A stretch of 64,000 nt of DNA. Source: Minisyncoccota bacterium. GTDB lineage: Bacteria; Patescibacteriota; Minisyncoccia; Phycocordibacterales; UBA918. The notes under the pieces are model-generated. The model saw only the letters and a list, made by a program, of their open reading frames with translations, did not search any database and was not told the DNA's origin. How positions within the stretch are numbered: position 1 is the stretch's first letter; every line of letters begins with the position of its first letter. The position numbers and the translations under genes were made by a program. Shown in pieces: positions 1-9,386 of the stretch. Where the stretch lies: NCBI GenBank assembly GCA_021734905.1, contig JAIPIB010000001.1, forward strand, positions 2,230 to 66,229, given 5' to 3'.

Positions 1-17
1 CCAATGGTTTTAAAGAA

Positions 18-1115
18 ATGTTGGCAGATGGCAAGTTGCGTTCGTCGCTCGGTATCGCACTACAAGAACATAGTAAGGAGGAAGCGATGGCTATTTTTTT
101 AAAACTCAATCGTATTGATGAGGTTCTTCCCAACACACGAAATCTTAGTATGCGCGAGAGAGCCCTCCTCATGTTTGCAAATAGCTTTGACCATAATATT
201 GCAACAGACGATGCTTTTGCCGATTCAGCAGCAGTACACCTAGCCTCTGAAAGTGTGATGGACGGTATGTATGGGTCAGAGCGCGGAAATGAAATATTCG
301 TTGCCTATCCATCAGCTTATGTTGCATCGCAATTAAGATACGGGGGTAAGGGAACTTTAGCTGACAGAGGTATGAGTCAACACAACGATAAGTGGGTATA
401 TACAAAGGATCACGAAGGGATGTCATTGGACGTTGGTTTAGTATTTATTCCCGAGGATGCTCAAGTGGACCCAAAGACTGGATCTCGATATAAAATAGAT
501 GAACGAGGTGAGCCAATTGTTCCAAAACAACGGATGGATGAAGTTCTAAAGGCACGATTTGAAAATTTAGGCTTCGTACAGACCTTCATACAGCAGTTAC
601 CACACCGGATGAATCAAGCACCAGAGCAAGAACGAGAAGCGTTAGCCGAAGCATCATTTGCTGAATTTGGAATTTCTGACCCTGATACAAAGAAGGCTCT
701 CCTAGACCCCCGCCTCATTGATAAGCTCGCAGACATCTGGGGGAAGGACGATGAAAATGAAGAATATGAAAGGATTTTGAATGAGTATTTCCATCATAAT
801 GCCGAGAGTCCGTATGAATTGGCCGGAGGAACCATGTCTTCAAAGGAATATTGGGAAAAACATTTTCAAGAAAATCCAACAGAACGACCATCAAAAGTTG
901 TGTATTACAAAGGAGGCGACCCATCACGTGCACTCAATGAATGGAGAGAGAAGAATGGTATTGTGAAAAAGACGGAAGACCCTACGTATGGGTTTACAGA
1001 ACACAATGTGGCAGACAGTTCAGATGAAGCAAATGTTGGTAAAGATCGTTTTGCATCACTTGCACGAAAGGTGATTGATGACAGATTTCCAGATAGGGAA
1101 GTTGCGCGCACTTAG
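18..1115 (+). CDS. hypothetical protein (365 aa), possibly N-terminally truncated by window edge
   Basis: Long ORF, no recognisable motif in translation; local GC visibly higher than flanks; starts 17 nt from window edge so true start may lie upstream. Confidence 0.4.
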   Translation: MLADGKLRSSLGIALQEHSKEEAMAIFLKLNRIDEVLPNTRNLSMRERALLMFANSFDHNIATDDAFADSAAVHLASESVMDGMYGSERGNEIFVAYPSAYVASQLRYGGKGTLADRGMSQHNDKWVYTKDHEGMSLDVGLVFIPEDAQVDPKTGSRYKIDERGEPIVPKQRMDEVLKARFENLGFVQTFIQQLPHRMNQAPEQEREALAEASFAEFGISDPDTKKALLDPRLIDKLADIWGKDDENEEYERILNEYFHHNAESPYELAGGTMSSKEYWEKHFQENPTERPSKVVYYKGGDPSRALNEWREKNGIVKKTEDPTYGFTEHNVADSSDEANVGKDRFASLARKVIDDRFPDREVART

Positions 1116-1328
1116 AAGTATAGTTAGGGTGTAAAGCAGAGGTACAGACAATGGCTCTTTTCGGATAATGATTCTAGCGTCTCTATATGCTTCGTACTTA
1201 ATAAATTAAATCTGGTACACTTATCAGTATTATGGATACTATTGATATTGTTGGAGGGGCAATTATCATATTCGCGGTAGGGGCGGGTCTTGGTTATTAT
1301 GTTTCTAAGATTTATTTCGGAATATAAA

Positions 1329-2102
1329 TTAATTCTGTGAATAGGGAGGTTCCTCAACATGTTCGTCAACAGCGTGGATATATATACTCAGAAGGGCGAT
1401 CAGAAGTGTGGCAAAAAATGTCGCAGCGAATGTTTTGAAAAAATGATCACGATGCGAATGTTTTAATTCTGGAATGAGGTCTGCAGTGGCAATATAAAGA
1501 AGGTTTCCAGCAGCGACTCCCGTCAGGACAAATACCCACTCACCGAGTGATGACATAAAAAGATATGTAATGAGAACACCAACAATGACAGTTGTTGCAG
1601 ATAGAAAATTATAAAAAGCCGCTTTTTTTCGTGAGTATCCTGATTGGAGTAAAATTCCATATTCTATAATTTCTTGCGGAACTTCATGGAGAGCTATACC
1701 AAGTGTTGTGAGTACTCCAACGGTTGGGCTGAGCATAAAAGCTGAAGCAATAACTATTCCATCAGACATATTGTGGACCGCGTCACCAATGAGAATCATG
1801 CGACCACTATTGTGGGTGCATGCGTCATGATCATCGACATGGTGATGATGAAAGGTATCAAGAAAATGAGAGAGGAGATAAAATCCTAAAAATCCGGCCA
1901 TGATTGTGACCGGGCCCCAGGTTCGTGAAGCATCCATTGTCTCTGGAATAAGTTCAAAAAATACAATGCCAAGAAAAATACCTACAGCAATGGGTAGGAT
2001 AAAACGATGTAATAGGGTTAGTCTAGGATTTTTACCAAAGAAAAATACCCCCGTAAGTGAGAGTAGGGAAATACCAAATGCTCCGATAAGTGCATTAAAC
2101 AT
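1329..2102 (-). CDS. zupT: ZIP-family zinc transporter (ZupT-like)
   Basis: Multi-TM protein with His-rich loop (HHHHVDDHDACTH) and ZIP signature segments GDAVHNMSDGIVIASAF and HEVPQEIIEYGILL. Confidence 0.8.
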   Translation of the reverse strand: MFNALIGAFGISLLSLTGVFFFGKNPRLTLLHRFILPIAVGIFLGIVFFELIPETMDASRTWGPVTIMAGFLGFYLLSHFLDTFHHHHVDDHDACTHNSGRMILIGDAVHNMSDGIVIASAFMLSPTVGVLTTLGIALHEVPQEIIEYGILLQSGYSRKKAAFYNFLSATTVIVGVLITYLFMSSLGEWVFVLTGVAAGNLLYIATADLIPELKHSHRDHFFKTFAATFFATLLIALLSIYIHAVDEHVEEPPYSQN

Positions 2103-2223
2103 GTATTCCTCAAGTGTATACCCGTATGTACGTTTTTTCTAGTTTTTATATAAAACATAATGTATGGTTTCTCTAGGGTGTAGAATTGTAATAAGTTATA
2201 AATATAATGATGATGTTTCACAT

Positions 2224-2604
2224 ATGGAATCTTTTTTAAAAGAATTTAAGGCGTTTGCGATACGAGGGAATGTAGTCGACCTCGCTGTTGCGGTAGTGAT
2301 AGGTGGTGCATTTGGAAAAATTGTTTCGTCCCTCGTTGATACAGTTATAATGCCTACTATGGGGGTTATGCTCGGAGGAATTAATTTTACAGGGTGGGTA
2401 CTTAAAATTGGAGAATCAACTATTGCGTATGGGAAATTTATTCAAGCGATCGTTGATTTTATCATTATCGCTTTTGTAGTTTTTGTTGTAATACGAGCGC
2501 TTTCCCGATTCGAAAAAAAGAAAGAGGTTGAAAAGAAGGCTTCGCCAGCTCCTTCAGAGGAAGTTGTTCTCCTTCGTGAAATTCGAGATAGTTTGAGGAA
2601 ATAG
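2224..2604 (+). CDS. mscL: large-conductance mechanosensitive channel MscL
   Basis: MESFLKEFKAFAIRGNVVDLAVAVVIGGAFGKIVSSLVD matches canonical MscL N-terminus; ORF track starts at 2164 but conserved start is the Met at 2224. Confidence 0.85.
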   Translation: MESFLKEFKAFAIRGNVVDLAVAVVIGGAFGKIVSSLVDTVIMPTMGVMLGGINFTGWVLKIGESTIAYGKFIQAIVDFIIIAFVVFVVIRALSRFEKKKEVEKKASPAPSEEVVLLREIRDSLRK

Positions 2605-2828
2605 TTTGAGATACATAGATTATGTTCATATTTGGAGTATAGACATATTGTCTATACTCCAAAACAGAGAATAGATATACACAAGACTTGCGTACTTCTA
2701 CAAGATGTTGCTATCCACAGACTTTTTCAGCACCGTTTCTTTAAAAGCTATATTTTCCAACCTTATCTCGATCGCGCTTAATTTTAGATATTTTCGCAAT
2801 CGCCCATGAGTGGTATTATTGGTAAGAC

Positions 2829-2902
2829 ACACGCGTAAGCTCTTCGTGTGCGGACGCTTTTGCACATTTTACCTATTTAAATAGCCACGCCAATACGTGG
2901 CT
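2829..2902 (+). promoter_or_regulatory. two short hairpins in nrdA 5' region (cacacg..cgtgtg 2829-2851; gccacg..cgtggc 2885-2902), possible regulatory sites
   Basis: Inverted repeats seen directly in sequence 60-130 nt upstream of nrdA start; function unassigned. Confidence 0.25.
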
Positions 2903-2964
2903 CATTAACCACTTTTTTTCACGGCAAAAAGAGGTATCTTATTAACTAAACTGAGAAACTGCCT

Positions 2965-5880
2965 ATGATCACCACAATTATTAAAAGGAATGGAATGTCA
3001 GTTCCTTTTGACCCAACAAAGATTGTTATCGTTATGAAAAAGGCATTTGCTGCAGAGCAGGTACCTGTTGATGATGACGCTCTTGAACAAATGACGGGTC
3101 GTGTGGTGGTGAGTCTTGGAACGCTGTGTGATGGAAAAGAGAACTGTCCAACAGTTGAACAAGTTCAAGACCTTGTCGAGAACACACTCATGGAGCGAGG
3201 ATATTTTTCTGTTGCAAAGGCATACATTTTGTATCGCTTCCAGCAAAGCGAGGAGCGAAAACAGGAGGTGGTCAAAGAAATCGAAGAACAACGCCTTACT
3301 ATTGAAAGAACAGATGGGAGTATTGAACAATTTTCACGAGAGAAGATGCGTGAGTATCTTCAGGAGTTTACTGAGGGATATGCGGGTGATATTGATTTTG
3401 ATGATTTTGTTTCACAGATAGAGCGTGAAGTGTACGACGGAATCAAAACAAGTGAAATGGCGAAACTTGTTACACTCGTACTTCGGTCGCGAATTGAAAA
3501 TGATCCTGCATATTCAATTGTTGCTGCACGACAACTCTGTAGGCGTATCTCAGATGAAGTCGTTGGAAACTTAAGCGCAATACCCAAAGCAGAGCGGGTA
3601 GCAGCGTATCGTAATGCATTTGTACGAAACATAAAACGTGGCGCTGAAGCAAAGAAGTATGACTCCGTACTTCTTTCATATGATCTCGAAAAGCTTTCTG
3701 CCAGTATCGAACCAGGGCGAGATGATCTTTTTAAATATATTGGTATTGAAACACTCAATGATAGGTATTTTGTTCGTATCGATGGAAAAAAACTTATCGA
3801 AACCCCACAGATGATGTGGATGCGTATTGCGATGGGACTCGCCCTTAACGAGAAAAATAAAGAAGAACGTGCTGTTGAGTTTTACAATATTATGTCTCTT
3901 ATGCACTTTATTCCGTCAACCCCGACATTGTTTCATGCCGGAACGCCGCATCCACAGCTATCATCATGTTATTTAAATGTTGTTGAAGATGACCTTACAC
4001 ATATTTTCAAAGTGTATGGCGACAATGCAATGCTTTCAAAGTGGGCTGGTGGTATTGGGACAGCATGGAGCAAACTTCGAGGCACAGGAGCACTCATTAA
4101 AGCTGCGGGGATTACTTCGCAAGGTGTGATTCCGTTTCTTAAGATCGCCAATGACGTAACGGTCGCAATTAATCGTTCGGGTAGACGCCGAGGTGCAACT
4201 GCAGTGTATATGGAAAACTGGCATATTGATTTTGAAGATTTTCTTGAGCTGCGGAAAAATACTGGTGATGAACGGAGACGTACTCATGATATGAATACTG
4301 CAGCATGGATATCCGACCTTTTCATGAAGCGAGTTCGGGAAGATGGTCAGTGGACACTCTTTTCACCCGATGAGGCAGCAGACCTTACAGAGACATACGG
4401 AAAGCAATTTGATGAATTGTACGAAAAATATGAAGGAATGGCTGATGTGGGTGAAATCAAACTCTTTAAGAGAGTCAAAGCAAGGGATCTTTGGCGACGA
4501 ATGCTCGGCATGTTGTTCGAGACAGGACATCCTTGGATTACCTTCAAAGACCCATCAAATATTCGATCACCACAAGACCATGCAGGAGTGATTCATAGTT
4601 CAAATCTCTGTACAGAGATCACCCTCAATACCTCAGCGGAAGAAACTGCTGTATGTAATCTTGGGTCAGTTAACTTTCCACGACACATCATAAACGGAGT
4701 TTTTGATGAACAGATGGTGAAGCAAACAGTTACGACCGCAATGCGTATGCTTGACAATGTCATTGACCTTAACTTTTATCCAACGGTCGAGGCGCGAAAT
4801 TCGAACATGAAGCATCGACCTGTTGGACTTGGCATCATGGGCTTTCAAGATGCATTGTATATGCAAAATATCCCGTTTGGCTCAGACGCCTGTGTTGAAT
4901 TTTCTGATGCATCTATGGAAATTATTTCATATTATGCAATATTGGCGTCAACAGAATTGGCTCGAGAGCGGGGTATGTATCAAAGCTATAAAGGCTCGAA
5001 GTGGGATCGCGGAATTTTTCCAGTCGATACAATCGCACTCCTTGAAGATGAACGGGGGATTTCCACAGGAACTGACTGTACTGAGCGCCTCGACTGGGGA
5101 GTTGTGAGAGATGCTGTAAAACAGTACGGTATGCGCAACAGTAATACTATGGCAATTGCACCAACGGCTACTATTGCAAACATTGCAGGATCAATTCCTG
5201 GGAATGAGCCAATCTATAAAAATATTTATGTAAAGTCGAATATTTCAGGTGACTTCGTAATTGTAAATTCGTATCTCGTAGAAGATCTCAAGAAGGACGG
5301 ATTATGGGATGATGAAATGCTTCAAGCAATTAAATATAATGATGGAAGCCTTGCAGATATTCCAAGTGTGCCTGTTGAACTTAAGGTTAAATACAAAGAA
5401 ACGTTTGAAATCGATATGAGGTGGCTTGTTAAGGCTGGAGCAAGTCGAGGAAAATGGATTGATCAGTCACAGTCACTCAACATATTTTTCAATGGAACGT
5501 CAGGAAAAGAGCTTTCTGAGTTGTATATGTATGCATGGGAGGCTGGACTCAAGACAACATATTATCTCAGATCCCTTGCTGCGACACAGGTTGAAAAATC
5601 AACAGTTGGCAATGAAGGAACACACCTCCGAAAGGATTCTGATGCTGGAAGAACCCCAGACGCAGCATTTAATACGGCAGTTATTCCTGGCACAGCTTTT
5701 GTTCGAAAGGAAACATCTTCAGTGCCTGTTGCACAGACTACTGATCCTATTCCTTCACCAATGCCAACTCCGTCACCGTTTACCAAGGGTATTCGAGAAA
5801 AAGAGAAGGTTGAATTAAAGAATAAATCTGCGGTGAAACTCCATATTGCAGAGGACGCTATTTGCGAGTCTTGTCAATAA
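2965..5880 (+). CDS. nrdA: ribonucleoside-diphosphate reductase class I alpha subunit
   Basis: N-terminal ATP-cone (IIKRNG..), catalytic core motifs (LSSCYLNVVEDDL, NLCTEITLNTS..AVCNLGSVNF), C-terminal redox Cys pair (..ICESCQ); followed by nrdB. Confidence 0.9.
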   Translation: MITTIIKRNGMSVPFDPTKIVIVMKKAFAAEQVPVDDDALEQMTGRVVVSLGTLCDGKENCPTVEQVQDLVENTLMERGYFSVAKAYILYRFQQSEERKQEVVKEIEEQRLTIERTDGSIEQFSREKMREYLQEFTEGYAGDIDFDDFVSQIEREVYDGIKTSEMAKLVTLVLRSRIENDPAYSIVAARQLCRRISDEVVGNLSAIPKAERVAAYRNAFVRNIKRGAEAKKYDSVLLSYDLEKLSASIEPGRDDLFKYIGIETLNDRYFVRIDGKKLIETPQMMWMRIAMGLALNEKNKEERAVEFYNIMSLMHFIPSTPTLFHAGTPHPQLSSCYLNVVEDDLTHIFKVYGDNAMLSKWAGGIGTAWSKLRGTGALIKAAGITSQGVIPFLKIANDVTVAINRSGRRRGATAVYMENWHIDFEDFLELRKNTGDERRRTHDMNTAAWISDLFMKRVREDGQWTLFSPDEAADLTETYGKQFDELYEKYEGMADVGEIKLFKRVKARDLWRRMLGMLFETGHPWITFKDPSNIRSPQDHAGVIHSSNLCTEITLNTSAEETAVCNLGSVNFPRHIINGVFDEQMVKQTVTTAMRMLDNVIDLNFYPTVEARNSNMKHRPVGLGIMGFQDALYMQNIPFGSDACVEFSDASMEIISYYAILASTELARERGMYQSYKGSKWDRGIFPVDTIALLEDERGISTGTDCTERLDWGVVRDAVKQYGMRNSNTMAIAPTATIANIAGSIPGNEPIYKNIYVKSNISGDFVIVNSYLVEDLKKDGLWDDEMLQAIKYNDGSLADIPSVPVELKVKYKETFEIDMRWLVKAGASRGKWIDQSQSLNIFFNGTSGKELSELYMYAWEAGLKTTYYLRSLAATQVEKSTVGNEGTHLRKDSDAGRTPDAAFNTAVIPGTAFVRKETSSVPVAQTTDPIPSPMPTPSPFTKGIREKEKVELKNKSAVKLHIAEDAICESCQ

Positions 5881-5987
5881 TGCCAGCGTATTTTTGAATG
5901 GTATACTGTGCTACCTAATTATTAACAATGCGGGGTAAGGCGAGTTGGAAACGAGACTCTCTGAACTCATAATAAAAACTAAGCAGC

Positions 5988-7022
5988 ATGTCGATAACAA
6001 AGAATGCACCACCAGTTGATATCAATAAGCGACGAGCCATAAATGGTGAGGACGCGGATGTTATTCAGCTCTATCCAATGAAGCACGCGTGGGCTTGGGA
6101 GTATTATAATGCCGCAAATGCCAATCACTGGCTTCCGACTGAAATTAGCATGCAGCTTGATATTGAGCAGTGGAAATCAGCCACTGTATTAACGACAGAT
6201 GAACGTCACGCATTTGAAACTGTTCTTGGTTTCTTTACTACAGCCGACTCAATTGCAGCAAACAATATAACTATTGCCAACTACCGGCATATCACAAGTC
6301 CAGAAATTCGAATGTATCTATTACGCCAGGCATATGAAGAGGCCATTCACACCCATGCATATCAATATATCGTTGAGTCACTAGCAATGGATGAGTCAAA
6401 GATTTTCAATATGTATCGTGAACGAGACGCAATCTATAATAAAGCGAGTTTTATTTTGTCATTTAATGAGGGTATTTTTGACCCAACGTTTAAAACAGGG
6501 ACATTTGAAAATGACCAAAAATATCTTGAGAATCTCTGTGTCTTCTCACTCATTCTTGAGGGGATATTCTTTTACAGTTCGTTTGCGGTGATGTTTGGTT
6601 TTCAACGGCAGCATAAATTAACTGGTTCTGCAGAACAAATTCAATACATCATGCGCGATGAATCGATGCACCTTAACTTTGGATGTCAGCTTATTAACAC
6701 AATCAGGGAGGAACAACCAGAACTTTGGACGAAAGAATTTCAAGATAAAATCGTCGGATACATCAGAGAAGCAGCTCGTCTTGAATATACCTACGCACAA
6801 GAAGTATTTCCTGCAGGAATATTTGGTATGAATGCTGCTGGATTTAAACAGTATATTGAACATATTGCTGATCGTCGGTTGGAGCGAGTGGGACTTCCAG
6901 AACAATTTGGTGTCACAAACCCGTTCCCATGGATGAGTGAAGCAATCGACCTTCCGAAAGAAAAAAACTTCTTTGAAACAAGGGTGACTGAGTACAAAAC
7001 AGGTGGTGCACTCAATTGGTGA
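5988..7022 (+). CDS. nrdB: ribonucleoside-diphosphate reductase class I beta subunit (di-iron/tyrosyl radical R2)
   Basis: R2 iron-ligand motifs EEAIHTHAY and DESMHLNFG, ferritin-like helix pattern; immediately downstream of nrdA. Confidence 0.9.
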   Translation: MSITKNAPPVDINKRRAINGEDADVIQLYPMKHAWAWEYYNAANANHWLPTEISMQLDIEQWKSATVLTTDERHAFETVLGFFTTADSIAANNITIANYRHITSPEIRMYLLRQAYEEAIHTHAYQYIVESLAMDESKIFNMYRERDAIYNKASFILSFNEGIFDPTFKTGTFENDQKYLENLCVFSLILEGIFFYSSFAVMFGFQRQHKLTGSAEQIQYIMRDESMHLNFGCQLINTIREEQPELWTKEFQDKIVGYIREAARLEYTYAQEVFPAGIFGMNAAGFKQYIEHIADRRLERVGLPEQFGVTNPFPWMSEAIDLPKEKNFFETRVTEYKTGGALNW

Positions 7023-7040
7023 CCAAGAATCAACGAGCAG

Positions 7041-7107
7041 CGCGGCTATGATTATTGAGTCTGTCGCAAAATTCTATTCATAATGAATTTTGTGACGGAC
7101 AGAATCC
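7041..7107 (+). repeat. REP-like element, variant with TATTCATAATG loop (stem gtcgcaaaattc / gaattttgtgac with a G-U pair on + strand)
   Basis: Hairpin with conserved loop shared with copies at 34211-34279, 47800-47866, 19905-19950, 37390-37425; 5' box gctatgattattgag resembles the agcgactatattttctgag box of other copies. Confidence 0.6.
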
Positions 7108-7154
7108 AACTTATGCTGGGCTCCACATGGTGTAGAGAATAGCCCATTATTCTA

Positions 7155-7213
7155 GCGATTATGTCGAATTTATGTCCAGATTTGCTCTTTCCTAGAGCTA
7201 ATTGCTGGACGAC
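7155..7213 (+). repeat. REP-like element, B-variant (gcgattatgtcgaatttatgtcc..hairpin..attgctggacgacc)
   Basis: Shares 5' box GCGAyTATnnnGAATTTnTGTCC and 3' box CGCTGGAC with copies at 9181, 9589, 19801, 56161, 56957. Confidence 0.6.
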
Positions 7214-7365
7214 CAGAAAATAAAGATAGATGTAGATATTTTTGAGGACGAAGCGAAGCATCACGAGTTGTTGTATAGCGAAAATAAGGAACCGAAGGGT
7301 TTAAAAACTGAATACAATCAAACTCTTGAAAGCAAATCCGACAGTGGTTTGATATACTTATAATA

Positions 7366-8298
7366 ATGCGCTTATTAATTCTTATAGGCATACTTATCGC
7401 TACTCTCTTCGGGAGCGGTTTTTGGTATGCTTATATTGATATGGACTGTAAGCTGCCAGTTAAATACAAAATTGGAAATATTGATGAGCGATTTGGTACT
7501 GATGTTAATGAATTAAAAAAGATTGTCGCAAAAGCAGAGACGGTGTGGGAGTCTGCGTTGCAGACAGAATTGTTTGCGTATGATGAAAATGCCTCATTAT
7601 CTATAAATCTCGTTTTTGATGAACGACAAGAGGCCTCTGATAGAGAGGCAGAGTTAAGAGATGATCTACAGATAAAAGAAGGAATGAGTGAAAGTGTTGC
7701 AGAGCAATATACTGAATTGGTTGGTGAATATAGAGCCCTTAAGAAGTCATATGAATTACGTGTTGGAGAATATGAAGAAAAACTTAGTAAACATAATATC
7801 CAGGTTACTGATTGGAATAATAAAGGAGGAGCCCCACAAGATGTTGTCGACAAGTTAGGTGAAGTGCAGAAAGCACTTACGGAGGAACAAAAATCAATTG
7901 AGGGACTTGCAAAGAAGCTTAATCAGTTTGTTGTGCAACTTAATGCAATTGGAGTGAGGGGGAATTCGCTTATTACTGACTACAATGCTGTGGTCAATAA
8001 ATATAATGAACATTTCAAAGAGGTCCAAGAATTTACACAGGGCGATTACACTGGGAAAGCGATCGATGTGTATCAGTTTAATTCTGAAGATGAATTGACG
8101 ATTGTGCTCGCTCATGAATTCGGGCACGCCCTCGCACTTGGACATGTACAAAACGAAAAATCAATCATGTACTTTCAGATGAACGCTCAGGAAGTGTTGG
8201 AAGGGTTGAGTGCTGAGGATATGAACGAATTTACACAAGTGTGTAGTCAAAGAACTCTTGTTCAGCAGATTGCCGTGTGGTTAAAAAGCATTTTGTAA
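7366..8298 (+). CDS. matrixin-like zinc metalloprotease (peptidase M10 family), N-terminal TM anchor
   Basis: HEFGHALALGH = HExxHxxGxxH zinc-binding consensus followed by Met-turn region (SIMYF); N-terminal hydrophobic helix. Confidence 0.7.
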   Translation: MRLLILIGILIATLFGSGFWYAYIDMDCKLPVKYKIGNIDERFGTDVNELKKIVAKAETVWESALQTELFAYDENASLSINLVFDERQEASDREAELRDDLQIKEGMSESVAEQYTELVGEYRALKKSYELRVGEYEEKLSKHNIQVTDWNNKGGAPQDVVDKLGEVQKALTEEQKSIEGLAKKLNQFVVQLNAIGVRGNSLITDYNAVVNKYNEHFKEVQEFTQGDYTGKAIDVYQFNSEDELTIVLAHEFGHALALGHVQNEKSIMYFQMNAQEVLEGLSAEDMNEFTQVCSQRTLVQQIAVWLKSIL

Positions 8299-8370
8299 GG
8301 TCTTTGCTCTTTTGAATGGGATAGAGTACGATTATTCTCAAGTTAATAATATATAAATTATCAAAAAAGT

Positions 8371-9165
8371 ATGTTCCAAGAATCATCAATAAGGAAGGTC
8401 GGAGTTGCTATTGGAGGGATGATCATCATTGCTCTTGCTGCGTATACGTATTACACAATCAAACAGTCGCAGTACATGTTTGGTGGGCCAGTTACGATTT
8501 CTGTCGTTGGAAAGGGTGAAGTGTTCGCAACTCCAGATATTGCAACATTTAGTTTTTCTGTTGTTGCAAAAGAAGATGAGGCAGTAACTGCGCAAAATAA
8601 GGTATCCGAGACATCAGATACAATCTTGGCATATCTTGAGGAAAATGGTGTTGAAGAGAAAGATGTTAAAACAGAGTATTACAATCTCACACCTCGGTAT
8701 GAATATCCTGAAACAGTCTGTACCCAGTGGGGTTGTCCACCGCGAAGCGGAGAACCAAAACTTATCGGATATGAAGTAATGCAAAATATTTCTGTAAAAA
8801 TTCGAGATACGAGCAAGGCAGGTGAAATCATTTCAGCTGTAGGAAGTCGTGGAGCGCTTAATGTGAGCGGACTTTCATTCACTATTGATGACGAGGAGAT
8901 TCTTGTTGCTGAGGCGCGAGAAAAGGCGATTAATGATGCACAAGAAAAGGGTCGCGTTCTTGCTAAGAGTCTTAATGCACATATCGTTAGAATGACTGGA
9001 TATTGGGAAGAGCAAGGAGGATATCCAATGCAGTACGGTATTGGTGGTGGGGTTAATATGATGAAAGCAGAGGACTCGTCAGAAATGATGGTTCGACCAG
9101 CTGCTTTGCCATCAGGTGAAAATAAGATTTCAGCACAAGTTAACATTTCGTACGAAATTAAATGA
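8371..9165 (+). CDS. SIMPL/DUF541 domain periplasmic protein (BP26/Omp28-like)
   Basis: N-terminal TM/signal, sequence pattern typical of SIMPL domain proteins; assignment from overall similarity recalled, not computed. Confidence 0.55.
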   Translation: MFQESSIRKVGVAIGGMIIIALAAYTYYTIKQSQYMFGGPVTISVVGKGEVFATPDIATFSFSVVAKEDEAVTAQNKVSETSDTILAYLEENGVEEKDVKTEYYNLTPRYEYPETVCTQWGCPPRSGEPKLIGYEVMQNISVKIRDTSKAGEIISAVGSRGALNVSGLSFTIDDEEILVAEAREKAINDAQEKGRVLAKSLNAHIVRMTGYWEEQGGYPMQYGIGGGVNMMKAEDSSEMMVRPAALPSGENKISAQVNISYEIK

Positions 9166-9180
9166 GATAATGAGCCCTGG

Positions 9181-9238
9181 CGACATATATCGAATTTATG
9201 TCCCGATTTTTTCTTCCCTAGAGAAAATCGCTGGACTA
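9181..9238 (+). repeat. REP-like element, B-variant
   Basis: cgacatatatcgaatttatgtcccgattttttcttccctagagaaaatcgctggactag; stem cgattttttct/agagaaaatcg. Confidence 0.6.
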
Positions 9239-9259
9239 GTAGTCGTGCAGAAGTAACAT

Positions 9260-9295
9260 AAAAACCCCCAAGACCATAAGGCTCGGGGGTTTTTG
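9260..9295 (+). terminator. intrinsic terminator after SIMPL gene (ccccc..ggggg stem + T-run)
   Basis: aaaaacccccaagaccataaggctcgggggttttt seen in sequence. Confidence 0.6.
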
Positions 9296-9305
9296 ATGAG
9301 TGATA

Positions 9306-9333
9306 TTGACATCTGCTATTTAAGGCGTAATAT
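9306..9333 (+). promoter_or_regulatory. sigma70-like promoter upstream of secE (TTGACA-16-TAATAT)
   Basis: ttgaca at 9306-9311, 16-nt spacer, taatat at 9328-9333; followed by small hairpin cgccc-gtg-gggcg + T-run at 9344-9361. Confidence 0.5.
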
Positions 9334-9386
9334 TATATTAAATCGCCCGTGGGGCGTTTTAATTTTGCTAACCTAATTTATATACC

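Noticed and set aside
2650-2964. Cobalamin riboswitch or NrdR box upstream of nrdA
   Set aside because: The RNR is class I (NrdAB, not B12-dependent). There is no B12-box consensus. The two hairpins (2829-2851, 2885-2902) do not match the 16-bp NrdR palindrome convincingly and no nrdR gene is present. They are left as unassigned hairpins.
2998-5786. Numerous short ORFs antisense to nrdA (2998-3330, 3360-3758, 3470-3679, 4036-4287, 5562-5786 etc.) and analogous ones inside ileS, ftsK, argS and the LCAT-like gene
   Set aside because: They are embedded in well-supported long genes on the opposite strand or in another frame and have no independent signals. This is typical AT-rich-genome noise.
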